A stretch of 64,000 bases of DNA from Marsupella aquatica (taxonomy: Eukaryota > Plantae > Marchantiophyta): the NCBI GenBank assembly GCA_973895155.1, contig OZ316894.1, positions 372,001-436,000 on the forward strand, written 5' to 3'. Shown here piece by piece: positions 47,133 through 60,853 of this stretch. Position 1 is the first letter of the stretch, and every line of letters starts with the position of its first letter. The position numbers and the translations under genes are program-made. Under the pieces are notes generated by a model that saw only the letters and a program-made list of their open reading frames with translations, had not been told where the DNA came from and ran no database searches.

Positions 47133-49769
47133 ATGTCGCACACGATCCTCTCCAGCTCGGCCATTCGATTCTGGACACAGTTCCTATCTACCGGAAGGCA
47201 CTTCGCCGACTCATTGAAACACGCCAACCCGCGCCGATACGAAATCGAACGCGAGTACGAGAGAGCCATCCGCCTAGCAGGACGACACCACTACATCCTT
47301 AACTTTAACTACCCATCTCAGAGCGAGCTTTACCGACCTGCAGAGGTATCCGGGTACTTCTTCAACGGAGACAAATATATCGGGTTCTGGGAAGCATTGC
47401 TTCGGCTTCTGGATGAGGTCTTCAATATCCCGGGTACGATCGACTTGCAACGACATCACTTCGACCACATCCCTGCTCAGGTTCGGGCTATCATCAACAG
47501 CGAGTCCAGCACTACCCGTTCGACAAGGTCGTCTGCACTCGCTTCGGAGAACTTCTACCAGCACCTATAGAGTTTCATAGGAACTCGGCCAGCAACCAAC
47601 ATGACCAACTCAGTTGTACCCGTACCCGTACCGGTACAACCTCAGGCTCAGCTTCAGCTTCAGCCTCAGCCGCAGCCTAGCCAAACCCCACCACCGATCG
47701 CCCAGCCAGCACAAGTACGCTCCGTCATCAACGCTGTGGATCTTAGCGATGACGACGAGGCTACCCTACCCTTGACCAGGCGGCCCAGAGGAGCAAGCGC
47801 TCAGGGGGCCGACACTATATCGTCCCCACCCCCTGCTCTGACCCCAGGAGCGGCCCCGGCAGACAACATGGTGACCGTGGCCGACCCGGGCCCGTTACTA
47901 ACGGCAGTGGCACTACCCAGGCCCGATCGGGAGGATGGGGAGGTGTCACCTTCCTCGAGCCAGTCACGGGGGAAGAAGAGGAAGGAATCCGCCACTGCAT
48001 CCGGGTTACCGTTGGCCACGGTAGCCGTGGCCAAGGTGACGATGCACCGCATGGGGGAAAACGTTCACAAAAACATCCTCCATCCCAAACATGCGGTGTA
48101 CCTGAAGACTCAGGGATTCGAGCACCTCGCCTCCCTCCCCTGGAACACTTGTAGGTACTACGGGGAGGACATGACGGAGTTCGTCAGGAATTATGACGAT
48201 GCGCGTCAACATACTCGGCTGCGGGGAAGGAGTATGTCTCTCACGGAAGAACGGCTCAGGATGATCTTCGGGTTACCCGAAGGTGACCATCGCGTCGAAT
48301 CACGGGCTCCCGGGGGCAAGGGAGCCAAGTACCAATCTTCAAGTTTTCCCTCAGAGGGAGCAGTGGACAACGGGTTCGTGATGAAGACCTGCCTCATCCC
48401 CGAGATAGCTGAGCGACTGGAGTTCCAGAGGTACGCCCTCCACATGATGGAACCCCGGGGGGAGATCTCCGCCGCCCAGGTTATTCAGGTCAAGAACTAT
48501 CGACCTAGGAGGTGGGCGTCGTACTTCGCTAAGAAATTCCATGAAGAGATGGAGCTGCGAAGGAAGACGTTGTATATTGGCGGGAAGGCGTATTTCGCTA
48601 GCCACATCGAGATCATTCTTGAGTGGTACGCCCGGTTTGATCGACGAACCCTTCCCCGTGTCAACGTTACAAAGCTGGTCCCAGCTAGGTGGGTTTTCCC
48701 GGCCTTGGAGAGGCGGCCCCAACCCGAGGCCCAAAGTCCAGCGGACACGCCAGCTTCACCCACCCCACCTCCACAAGTAGCTGTAGTCGTAACCGAGGAG
48801 GTACCGGATGGGTCGGGTGTCACAACCGTTGATGCGACCCAACAGGTCGGGCTAAGTACAGAAGTCGGTACGACGGAGATCTTACCCGAACCCGGTTCTC
48901 CCAAAGACCCACCGGCAGCTATTCCGGAGAACCGGACATTGCTACAGGAGGACGCTCCAGCCCCTTCCAACGTTACGTCCCCAGGGCTGGACGTCACTGC
49001 CCCGGCCCCCGTGCGTGTTGACGTCTGCCCGTGCCCAACTCCGGACAGACACAACTTGGACCACCCGGAACTCTTCGTACCGGGTACATTTCTGAACGGG
49101 CTTCTGGGAGATTTCTCTCATCAGATTGCCCGGGATACCGGGGAGTTCATGGCCCGGAAGGTAGCCTGTTTCTTCAATCAGGAGTTGGTTGCCGCAGTAA
49201 AGGCAGGTCGGGCCCAGTCAGAGGCCCTTCAGAGGATAGAGCGGGACCGGGTGGAGTCCGTGTACCTAAAGAACGAAGTTGCAGCTCAAGAGGCTGAGCT
49301 TCGGCAACTACGACCCAAGGTTGTAGCCGCCGATGAGCTGTTAGCAAAGGCACACGCTTTTACCGCCCTAGCCGAACAGGCCAAAGCTGGGTACGATGCC
49401 GAGATTACACGACTCCGGAACCAGATTGACAGTTTGAAGAATCAAACTGTCACCTGGCAGAAAGACCTGGAGGAGGCCGAGGAACGGGCCCAACGGGACA
49501 CGGCGGAGATAGCCACGCTGCAGACCGAGGTGGCGCGGCTCCAAACCGAGGCCGAAAAGCAGGACCAGCTGGCGGGTAAACTGACAAGTGACGCCCAGCA
49601 GCTGGAGGAGGCTTGTCAGGAGGCAGCAGAGGAGACGGACGCGGCAAGGCGAGAGAACGAATCTCTGATGGACCAGGTCCAGCTCCTCAAGGCGGACAAT
49701 GACAGGCTTCGAAGGCAGCGGGATGGCCGCTCCCATTCGGGCGGCTCTGGCAAGCGTGCCAGGCATTAG
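47133..49769 (+). CDS. LTR A ORF, ~878 codons with one premature TAG (47568-47570); accessory domain plus C-terminal coiled coil
   Basis: The 145-aa and 722-aa ORFs are in frame, and A1 has CAG at the stop position. The C-terminus is heptad-rich. Confidence 0.85.
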
Positions 49770-52700
49770 CAGCGGAGTAGGAATAGATTAGGATTAGGAC
49801 TGGCTTAGTCAGGCTCTTGGGACAGGCACCTGCCTTAGGTACAGCAGCGCTGCCGTGCTGTCCAGCCTGCGTAGATTAGGATCTTCTAATAAGACACAGC
49901 CGTTTTCCGGCCTGACTGTCAGCTTAGTTAGGACCTTAGTCAGCGAATCTTCGGCGAGAGGACACCCCGTCCCTCGTCCCTTAGTATTTAGTGCACCCCT
50001 CGGTAGAGGCAAGGGGGGGTTTTTAGTTGCAAAGTTGGGCGTCCGCGGTATGTGCGGGGAGTCCCGACCTCTGGGAATGAAAGAGTACCAAGGGGAGGGG
50101 GTAGGACTAAGCTCGTCGGGCGAGTGCGGAGCCGGGCTCCGTTGTAGTGTGCACCCTCGGCCTTGAACCTGTTCATTCCGGGGCTGTCGGGTCAACTAAG
50201 TGTACGCATATGTTCCCTTTGTAGTAAAATCCTTTCCCATCATTTTCCTTCGTGTAAATCGAGATTGTATGCATGTGCGTGTGTATGTGTGTGGGTTTCT
50301 CATATATGGGTGGCAGTGCCAGGCCGAACGCACTACCCGAGACGTGCACAGGATGCAGCCTGCGGGTAAGTGGTTGCGAGCACGGGTTGAGGACCTGTAT
50401 CATCGAATCCGGATCGAAGGCGGACAGCACGAAGGCTTAGAAGCCCTTAAGCCGGGGTCAATCCTGCTATCGACTAAGGTATGTTCCGGCGGCGGAACAC
50501 AAACCATACCTAGGAGGTGTCCGTATTTAGCAGTATGCGCACTTAGCGCTAGTTTACGAGAATAAGGTGCATTACGTGCTTCCCTTCCTGCCCGACCCCT
50601 CAGATTTACGAAGGATGTGCCCGTCTAAGCTGAAGTCTGAGTTAAGGCCGCAGCCGATGACGTGACAGCCGTGCCATCCCTGCCTACTAGAGTAGTTTGA
50701 TCTTCTGTCATGACCCTGCCTACGGTTGGTACCGGTTTTACCTCCTTGGTAACAACGGCTTGAGAAGCCGTGTTACTCCTTGACCCAGAAGGTTTTCGCT
50801 TCTTCTTTTGCTTTGGTTCGGCAGCTGGTCCCTTCCCTTCGGTACTTATCTCCGGCACCGGGGTGTGTGTCTCGGTTTGTCCTTCGGCCAGTACCACTCC
50901 TGGTAACAAGGTTGCCCCACTTGGAGTTGGTCCTGAGGAAGCCAAGCACTTAAATACTACGGCCTGTTTCTTCAGCCGCTCCGTTTGGTTGTCGGCTCGC
51001 CTTTGTAAGTTCTCCATCTTCCTCGTGGTTTCTTCCAACTCCTCCTGAGTTTCGTCCAGGTCTTTCCGTACCTCCTGTAGCTCCTTTTGGGCTTCATCCA
51101 ACTCTTTCTGGGCTTCCTCCAACTCTTTCTTTAAGGTAGCCTTCTCCTCCTAGGTTTCTCTCAGCTCCTTGTCGAGCTCCGTAATGACCTCAGACTCCAT
51201 TTTATTCATCTTGGCATAAGTCTGGTCGAGCTGGTCGTCTTTCTCGCGGAGGTCGGCCTTGAAACTGGCCGTCATGGACGCAAGCTCCTGCCGCCGCATG
51301 ATAATTGCCTGATAGGATTTCCCTAACTTGGCCTCCTTCTGCTCAAGGGCTCCGCGGATATCCTCGAGTTCTCCCTTCAACGCCCTCTCCCTTCTTTGAG
51401 TCTCCGCCATGGCCCGGTTGTTGGCTGCTATGTGGGCCTCCTCTGTGTCTCTCAGCTCTCGCTTCTACTTCTCCCTTTCTTTGACCGCCTCAGCCAACTC
51501 TCCTTGAGTCTGAGTCAGTTTATCCTTGATAATCTGATTATCAGATTGTGCGGTATCCAACTGCCCCTGCATGATGTTTAGCTCATGCCGTTTAATCCTA
51601 AGCTCATATTGGGCTTTCTTGGATGCCCTCAGGTCTTTTACCTCGGCTTCCCTCTCCGTAAGCCGTCGGATGACCTCGTCCTTCTTGCTTCTCTCCAAAG
51701 CCACCGCCTCTTCTAATTGGTGCTTCTCCAACCTTTCCCTCTGGAAAAAAGGTCCCTGCTCCAACTCCTCCCCAAAGATGTTGAGCGCCAGGTCCCCACA
51801 CATCTCCCCGTACTCCATGGCTCTATCTTTAGCATAGGTGGAGTAACCAAAAGTCATCGGCATCAACCACCTTGGCCTCTGTTCCCAAGCTGTCTTGCGG
51901 ATTTCTTCTATGGTAGCAAGAGGGTTGCTTCTCTTTTTGGCAAGCCGCCTGATGTCCTGCGGCCAATCTCCTCCTGGTAAATCTTTCTCCCTAGCCAGGG
52001 CTGCCTTCTCTTCCTCTCTGAGTCGCTCCTGAAACTCTTGTGCCGTTTGCTTGATGCCGTCAAAACTCGGGGGAGCGACATCTGGTGGGGGAGACTCGGG
52101 GCTGCTCTGCTGGGTCGGGTCCCCTCGAACTACTCTTGGAAGAGTGGGGATGAACCGGCCACAGGTCCTTACTCATGGAACATGATGGTCCAACCCACAG
52201 CCAGAGTTATCATTGTTGTAGTCCTCCACCGCCTCCTCCACTGTTTGGACTCCCGGCTTCCCCCTCTGTTCTCCTGGTCCTGCCGTGAACACAACCCCAC
52301 AGATCACGGGTTCTGGATCCTCCGGCTTCCACGTTGATCTCATCTTCTCCCTGTCGTGACCAGGGGCCTCGGGCTGCTTCTCCTCGGCTTTGGGACTTGA
52401 AGTTCCACATTCGGACTCCCGGCTCGTGTTCTGGCCTCCTTCTCTCCTTGGCCCCTGTAAAGGGGTTTTCCCTAGTAAGTGGGCTGAGGCCGACTTTAGA
52501 AGCAGTATTTGGTATTGGCCCCATTGCCGTTGCCGTTCTCTTTTCCTTCTCCAGCAATTTCAGCAGATTCTGCATGCCTGGTTGCTGCATCGGCAAGTCC
52601 TCCTTCCTCGGCCTAAACACCTGCTCGATTGTAGGACTGTCGGACTAGGTTGGTTTCTCTGTTGCTGGCCTCGGTTTTAGAACCTCCTCTGGTGCCCTTG

Positions 52701-54252
52701 CCTGCAAGGGCAGTACCGGGGCAAATATCCGGCTTTGGACATACCGGCACAACAGCGGCATGTGATAACCAAGCCGGGACACGCTTCCCATGCCGATTAC
52801 CTGTTGTTCCTCCTTCAAGATCTTCTTCAGTTGGTTGAGGAGGTACCCGTTGTAGTCCCGGCTTGGGTCTGGCCTCTCTGCCAGGTAGACCTGTGCCTTG
52901 CCAATCTCTGCCCTTGGCAAGTTGCAATGCATGGTCACCCGCAAGAAATCGATCATTTCTCCGATGTGCGGGTTGGTGCAGGTGTTCCGGAAGAAGCCAT
53001 TCTTTGTTGATGGCCCTGGAAACGACCGGAACTCCTTGTCTGGCAAGGTCTTCCAGGTCTCTACCTTGGTCTTGTTGCCCATCAACAAGCCAAACACTTC
53101 GGCGATTACCTAGGGCGTGAGATAGAAATCCTTCCCATACACCCTCGTGGAATTGGTCTCGGGCTCCCATGACCCTACGAATTCTAGTAAATCTGAATCC
53201 GGCACCTCCGGCTTCAACCATGGTAATTTTACGAAGGCTTCCAAGCCAGATCCGGCCATGAAGCCCTGGTACTTCTTGGTCTGCATGGCCGTAAAGCATG
53301 CATCCTCCTCCCGGGAAAAATGCAGTTGCACCTCTTCTGGTAGGGTTGCCGCCCAGCCTTTCCAGGTGTCATCCTTTGTTGGAATGGCATTGATGGGATC
53401 GACCTCCTCCTCTTTGGCCTCCGCCTGCCTCATGCTTCCCTGCTCTGCTAGCTTCCCTAGTGCCGCCGACCTCGTTCTTTTTGCCGGGGTGGCCTCTTCG
53501 TTGTTGTTTCCTTTCCTCTTCATTTTGGCTGCCGTGGATGTTTCTCCTAGCACGGTTGCCTTTGTCCACCCCTTCGTGCTACCCTTCAACTCCCAGTGTA
53601 TGTCGTTGCAGCGGTTGATGGCTTCTCGAATGCCGATGATCCTGTTTTCACAAAACAGAAGGTCGTCAAGCTGATTGGCAGTGGGAGTCCATGAGAACTC
53701 GGCCTTGATGAATTCTCCTTCTAAGAAAGCAGATTTCTGCAGCTCCCACAGTCGAGCTAGCTCCTACCGTTCTCGAGCTGCTCTCTTTGCTTCTTCATCC
53801 TCGTAAGTTGTAATGTACTCAGCTGCCCGTTCGAACAGGCATCCCCAAAAATGTGCCGCTTGATTGACATTGCTCATACCCTCCTTGAGTCGTTCGTTGG
53901 TATCTGCTCCCACCCAGAGTGTTTGTCTAAGCAACTGACAGTAGTTGGCCTCCCGTAGTCGTCTGCCCAGTTCGTGCTTGCAAATGAGCCGCCATTCCTC
54001 GCGAGTTGTCCTTACCCCTCTCCTCCTTGATGCTTCCCTACCGTTGGTTACCCCTAGCCGCCGACACTTAGTGCGCCCTAACCCTAATCGTAATCTCTCC
54101 CCCGGCGTCCTTACTTCCGGCCTCGGCCCGGGTTCCATAGTCACCCTTACTTGTTTATATTTTCCTTATTTTTGTAACTATACTAAGTTGTTTCTAGGGT
54201 ACACTTTGTTTTCCCATTTAACCGGCCTAGTGATTCCTGGTTAGGCATCACA

Positions 54253-56125
54253 GTCCGTCCTCTAACAGATTACCTGGCCCAGACCGAGTCAACTCTTCAT
54301 CGGCCTGACTGGGTCCACCCTCGGCTTCGGCATCAGCATCGGCCACGGCCTCCCCGCCTTGCTCTAGTGGTGGGTTAGCTACCGTGGCTTCATCAATGGT
54401 GGTCCCAGCCTCGGCCTTGCCATCCCCACATTCTAGGACCGGTGGATCCACTGTCGTGACCATGCCGGAGGTTGGTGTCGGGTTTACCTCCTCGGTCACA
54501 ACGGCTTGAGAAGCCGTATAACTCCCAGACCCAGAAGGTTTCCACTTCTTCTTCTTCCCTATTTTGGTAGCTGGTCCCTTCCCCTTGCCACTTACCTCCA
54601 GCACCGGTGTGAGTGGCGTGGCTTGTCCTTCGGCCAGTACTACTCCTGGTAACTTGGTTGCCCCAATTGGAGTTGGGCCTGATGAAGCCAAGCACTTAAA
54701 TATTGCGGCCTGTTTCTTCAGCCGCTCCGTTTGGTTGTCGGCTCGCCGCTGTAAGTTCTCCATCTTCCGCGTGCTTTCCTCCAACTCCTCTTGCACTTCG
54801 TCCAGGTCCTTGTGCGCCTCCTCCAGCTCCTTCTGGGCTTCCTCCAATTCTTTCTGGGCTTCCTCCAATTCTTTTTTTAAGGTAGCCCTCTCCTCCCGGG
54901 TTGCTCTTAGCTCCTTGTTGAGCTCTGCAATGACAACAGACTCCATCTGGTTCATCTTGGCATAAGTCTGATCAAGCATATCGTCTTTCTCACGCAGGTC
55001 GGCCTTGAAGCTGGCCGTCAGGGATGCTAGCTCCTGCTGCAGCACAATAATCCCTTGATAGGATTTTCCTAACTCGGCCTCCTTCTGCTCAAGGGCTCCA
55101 TGGATATCCTTGAGCTCCCCTTCAACGCCCTCTCCCTCCTCTGGGTCTCCACCATGGCCCGGTTGTTGGCGGCTATGTGGACCTCCTCTGCGTCCCTCAG
55201 CTCTCGCTTCCACTTCTCCCTTTAATTGACAGCGTCGGCTAACTCTCCTTGGGTCTGATTCAGTTTATCTTGGATAATCTGATTATCAGACTACGCGGTA
55301 TCCAATTGCCCTGCATGATGTTTAGCTCATGCCGCTTAATCCGCAACTCATCTTGGGCTTTCTTGGCCGCCTTCAGGTCTTCCACCTCGGCTTCCTTCTC
55401 CCTAAGCCGTCGGATGACCTCGTCCTTCTTGCTTCTCTCCAAAGCCACCGCTTCTTCTAATCGATGCTTCTCCAACATCTCCCTCTGGAAAAAGGGTCCC
55501 TGCTCCAACTCCTCCCCAAAGATGCTGAGTGCAAGTTCCCCACACATCTCTCCGTACTCCATGGCTCTATCTTTAGCATAGGTGGAGTAAGTAGAAGTCA
55601 TCGGCATCAACCACCGCGGCCTCTGTTCCCAAGCCGCCCTGCGGATTTCTTCTATCGTGGCTAGAGGGTTGCTTCTTTTCTCTGCAAGCCTCCTGATGTC
55701 CTCTGGCCAATCTCCTCCTGGTAAATCTTTCTCCCTAGCCAGAGCTGCCTTCTCTTCCTCCCTGAGTCACTCTTGAAACTCTTGTGCCGTCTGGTTTATG
55801 CCGTCAAAGCTCGGGGGAGCGACATCTGGTGGGGGAGACACGGAGCTGCTTTGCTGGGTGGGGTCCCCTCAAACTACTCTTGGAAGCGTGGGGATAAACC
55901 GGCCATAGGTTCTTACTCCTGGAACATGATGATCCAACCCATAGTCGGAGTTATCATTGCTGTAGTCCTCCACCGCCTCCTCCGCTGCTTGGACTCCCGA
56001 CTTCCCCCTCTGTTCCCCTGGTCCTGCCGTGAAAACGGCCTCACAACTCTCGGGCCCTGGTTCCTCCTCTGGCTTCCAGGCTGTCTTCTCCCTTTGTTTT
56101 CCGCGGGCAAGAGCCTTAGGCTGCT
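54253..56125 (-). mobile_element. internal fragment of LTR B3, cut by B2 on the left and B4 on the right
   Basis: ORFs 54248-55213 and 55260-55610 match the coiled-coil part of the B LTR ORF. It is bounded by the termini of B2 and B4. Confidence 0.85.
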
Positions 56126-59100
56126 TGTGATGCCTAGACAGGAATCACTCGGCCGGTTAAGTGGGTAAAGCAGGAAGGCACCCTAGGAACACCTTAGTAT
56201 AGGGACAAAACAAGGAAAATATAAACCATTAGGGGCAACCATGGAACCCGGGCCGAGGCCGGAGGTAAGGACGCTGAGGGTGAAAACTCGATTAGGGTTA
56301 GGGCGCGTTAAGCGTCGGCGGCTAGGAAGGATCAATGGGAAGAAGGACCGGCAGAGGAGAGGGGTAAGGAGCGCTTGCAGGAGATGGTGGCTCATTTGCG
56401 AGCACGAACTAGGCAGACGACTATGGGAGGCCAACTACTGTCAGCTGCTTAGGCAAGCACTCGGGGAGAGAGTAGATACCGATGATCGACCTAAGGAGGG
56501 TATGAGCAACGTCAATCAAGCGGCACATTTCTGGGGATGCCTGTTCGAACGGGCAACTGAGTACATCAAGACTTACGAGGACGAGGAATCAGAAAGGGCA
56601 GCTCGAGAACGGCAGGAGCTCGCTCGATTGTGGGAGCTGCAAAAGACGGCTTTCTTAGGAGGCGAACTCATCAAGGACGAGTTCCTGTGGACGCCTACTT
56701 CCAATCAACTCGACGATCTTCTGTTTTGCAAAGACAGCGTCGTCGGCATCCGAGAGGCCATCAAGAACTGCAACGACATACACTGGGAATTAAAGGGTAG
56801 CACGGAAAGGTGGACCCAGGCAACGGTGCTAGGAGAAACCTCCACAGCAGCAGAGATGAAGAGGAAGGGAGCCGTCAACGATGAAGCCACCCCGGCAAAA
56901 AGAACGAGGTCGGCGGCACCAAAGAAGCCAGCCGAGCAGCAGAGCAGGAGGCAGGGAGAAGCCGAAGAGGAGGAGGTCGATCCCATCAAGGCCATTCCAA
57001 CCAGGGATGACACCTGGAAGGGCTGGGCGGCAACCCTACCGGTGGAGGTGCAACTACATTTTGCACGGGAGGAGGATGCATGCTTTACGGCCATGCAGAC
57101 CAAGAAGTACCAAGGCTTCATGGCCGGATCTGGCTTAGAGGCCTTTGTAAGATTACCATGGCTGAAGCCGGAGGTACCGGAGTCAGACCTATTAGAATTC
57201 GTGGGGTCATGGGAACCCGAGACCAATTGCACGAGGATATATGGGAAGGATTTCTATCTTACTCCCAAGGTAATTGCCGAAGTGTTTGGCTTGCCGATAG
57301 GCAATAAGACCAAAGTTGATACCAGGAAGACCTTGCCTGACAAGGAGTTCCGGTCGTTCCCCGGGCCATCAACGAAGAATGGCTTCTTCCGGAACACCTG
57401 CACCAACCCGCACATAGGAGAGATGATCGACTTCTTGCGGGTGACCATGCATTGTAACTTGCCGAGGGCAGAGATCGGCAAGGCACAGGTCTATCTGGCA
57501 GAAAGGCCAGACCCAAGCCGGGACTACAACGGGTACCTCCTCAACCAATTGAAGAAGATCTTAAAGGAGGAGCAATAGGTAATCGGCATGGGGAGCGTGT
57601 CGCGGCTTGGCTATCACATGCCGCTGTTGTGCCGGTATGCCAGAGGTCAGACTTTTGCCCCGGTACTTCCCCTGCAGGTAAGGGCACCCGAGGAAGCTCC
57701 AACGCCGAGGCCGTTGGCTGAGAAGCCTCAACCACCTGTTAGCCCTACGATCGAGCAGGTGTTTAGGCCCAGGAAGGAGGACTTGCCGATGCAGCAACCA
57801 GGCATGCAGAGTCTGCTGAAACTACTGGAGAACGAAAAGAAATCGGCATCGGCAACAACAACGGCAACGGCAACAATGCACGACACTACTACAGAGGTAG
57901 GCCTACACCGGCTCACAAGAGAAAACCCCTTTGCTGGAGACAAGGAGAGAATCAGGCCGGAATCCAAGCCCGGTGTTCGAATGTATGTGGGAATCTCAAG
58001 CTCCGAATCTGAGGCAGAATTGCCTGAAGCTCCTACCGACGAAGAGGAGAGGGAGAAGCCGGACGGCCAAGAAGTAGAGGAGGCAGTGGAGGACTGCAGC
58101 CATGATAATTCCGGCTATGGGTCGGACCATCACGTCCCAGGAGTAAGGACCTGTGGCCGGTTTGTCCCCACACTTCCAAGGGTAGTGCGAGGGGACCCCA
58201 ACCAGCAGAGTAGCCCTGAGTCTCCCCCACCAGATGTTGCTCCCCCGAGCTTCGACGGCATAAAATAGACGGTGCAGGAATTTCAGGAGCGAATCAAGCA
58301 GGAGGAGGAGGCAGCCCTGGCTAAGGAAAAGGATTTACCAGGAGAAGATTGGCCGGAGGACATCAGGCGGCTAGCCAAAAAAGGAAGCAAACCTCTAGCC
58401 ACGATTGAAGAGATCCGCAGGACGGCTTGGGAGCAGAGGCCGCGATGGGCGATGCCGATCACTTCTACTTACTCCACCTACGCTAAGAATAGAGCCATGG
58501 AGTATGGTGAGATGTGTGGGGAACTTGCGCTCGGCATCTTTGGAGAGGAGTTGGAGGTAGGACCCTTTTTCCATAGGGAGCAGTTGGAGAAGCACCAATT
58601 AGAAGAAGCGGTGGCTTTAGAGAGAAGCAAGAAGGACGAGGTCATTCGGCGGCTTAGGAGGATGGAAGCCGAGATTGAAGATCTAAGGGCGGCCAAGAAA
58701 GCCCAAGATGAACTGCGGATTAAACGACATGAGCTGAACATCATGCAGGGGCAGTTGGACACCGCGCAGGCTGATAATCAGAATATCAAGGATAAACTGA
58801 CTCAGACGCAGGGAGAGTTGGCCGACACGATCAAAGAGAGGGAGAAGTGGAAGCAAGAGCTGAAGAATACAGAGGAGGCCCACATAACAGCCAACAGCCG
58901 GGCCATGGCGGAGACCCAAAGAAAGGAATGGGCGTTGAAAGGGGAGCTCGAGAAAATCCGTGGAGCCCTTGAGCAGAAGGAGGCCGAGTTAGGGAAATCC
59001 TATCAAGGGATTATGGCGCTGCAGCAGGAGCTTGCGTCCCTGACGGCCAGCTTCAAGGCCGACCTAAGGGAGAAGGACGAGATGCTCGAACAGACTTACG

Positions 59101-60784
59101 CCAAGATGAACCAGATGGAGTCTGTCATCATTGCAGAGCTCGACAAGGAGCTAAAAGCAACCCAGGAGGAGAGGACTACCTTGAAACAAGAGCGGGAGGA
59201 AGCCCAGAAGGAACTAGAGGAGGCACGCAAGGACCTGGATGAGACCCAGGAGGAGTTGGAGGAAATCACGAGGAAGATGGAGAACCTCCAGCGGCGGGCC
59301 GACAACCAAACGGAGCGGCTGAAGAAACAAGCCGCAGTATTTAAGTGCTTGTCTTCATCAGGCCCAACTCCAATTGGGGCAACCAAGTTACCAGGAGTGG
59401 TACTGGCCGAAAAAGCCGCGCCACCTGCACCAGTGCCGGAAGTAAGTGGGAAGGGGAAGGGACCAGCTGCCGAACCAGAAAAGAAGAAGAAGCGGAAACC
59501 TTCAGGGTCAAAGAGTAATCCGACTCCACAAGCCGTGGTGACCAAAGAGGTAGAACCAGCACCATCCTCCGACATGAATACGGCAATAGATCCCGCTATG
59601 ATCACAGGTGGGGGTGGTGCGGCCCAAGCCGAACTACTCAGTAAGGAGGCCGGTATTCCAGATCCGCCTCTTGAGCAGGCCGGGGAGACCGTAGCCGAGG
59701 CTGAGGCCGTAACCGATTCCCGAGCCGATGCCGACGCTGATGGTGGACCCAGTCAGGCCGATGGAGAGTTGACTCAGTCAAGGGCAGGTAATCTGTCAGG
59801 GAATGAGCCTACGGCAGTGGCTGAGGAGGAAGCGTTGGGGGCGTCCATTAAGGATCCACCACCGGTGTCGTGACGGTGCAAGGGCGCCGTTCCTTTTAGG
59901 GAGGGCGGACGTGGAGGGAGGAGGCGTGAGTGGGCAGGGCGGGCGCGGATCTCCACGTTTAGGATTAGGATCAGAACCAGGAGCGGCCCTGACACTTAGC
60001 TTAGTGGGATTGCGGTCCCACTGGTAGGAGCAACACTTGTGCTCCTGCCTTGCTGTACATAGGTAGATTCGGGCAAGTAGATTACTGTTAAGTAGATTAG
60101 GCTTACGATGCAAAGAATGGCGGATCCACTACCAGGATAAGTACCTGGGCAGCGGGGAGCTCAGGGCCTCTTCTTTAGCAAGTTTTTAGTTTGCACCAGC
60201 CGGGCTGGGATCAAGTAGTACGAGAAGCTCTCGGTTAGTCATACAGTGACCCTTGTGTATATTCATGTTTCCTCATGCCTAAGAGCTGAATAGAGTTGGC
60301 CTCACGGCTTAGTTCGCAGAACTTGTGTATGAGATGTACTGTTTGTATGGCAAGTGCATGGTATGACTCAGTCAGAATGAGTCATTTTGCTATTTGTGTG
60401 TCGCATTAACTTGTGTGAAGAGTGCCCACATCAACCAAAAGGAAGGAAAGTAAGCAGGGGAGTGAGAGTTGGATGTGTCGAGCTGAGAGAGGTCTTAGCG
60501 GCTTAACCAACCTATTGGGGATCATTCCGGCGGCGGAATCCAAACATACCTAACAAGATGGAGGGGAAGACAGGGGAAGGCCTAGATTAGGCCGGCTACG
60601 TATCTCATGACCCGATGAAGGATCTGTCCAGTATATGTGTGTAAAATGTTAATAGTAGTAGTAGAAGGTTAGCAGCGTCCCATGCCACTAAGCCGCGGAA
60701 ACGGCCTCGCCAAGCGCGAAACCCGCGGGAATCGGCTTGAGCTGGGGGGTTTCTTGGGTTTAGGGAGCCATGGGACGCACCACA
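56126..60784 (+). mobile_element. 5' LTR of element B4, 4659 bp
   Basis: TGTGATGCC...GCACCACA, followed by TTTT and the PBS. The left terminus is shared with B1 and B2, the right with B2. Confidence 0.92.
56241..59873 (+). pseudogene. LTR B ORF, ~1210 codons, two in-frame TAG stops (57576, 58266); accessory domain plus long coiled coil
   Basis: ORFs of 445, 226 and 533 aa share one frame, and B2 has Gln codons at both stop positions. Confidence 0.88.
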
Positions 60785-60788
60785 TTTT

Positions 60789-60806
60789 TGGCGCTAGATG
60801 GAGGGG
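60789..60806 (+). promoter_or_regulatory. primer binding site (tRNA-Asn-like) of B4
   Basis: TGGCGCTAGATGGAGGGG, 4 nt after the LTR end. Confidence 0.85.
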
Positions 60807-60853
60807 GCATTTCTTAAGCCGTGAGATATGAAGTTAGAACGGAAGCGTAGGTA

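Larger units (their letters stand above)
46678..50667 (+). mobile_element. solo LTR A2, 3990 bp
   Basis: TGTGACG...CGTGACA ends with 5-bp TSD GCCGT (46673-46677 and 50668-50672). Confidence 0.93.
45556..54252 (-). mobile_element. 5' LTR of element B2 (~4.7 kb excluding the A2 insert) with disrupted LTR ORF
   Basis: Ends TGTGGTGCG (45556) and GGCATCACA (54252). Adjacent to PBS and gag, and colinear with 56126-60784. Confidence 0.9.

Noticed and set aside
58272-59873. Coiled-coil ORFs as host SMC/myosin-like genes or as env
   Set aside because: They lie inside LTR units in several copies, and I see no ATPase motifs or transmembrane segment.
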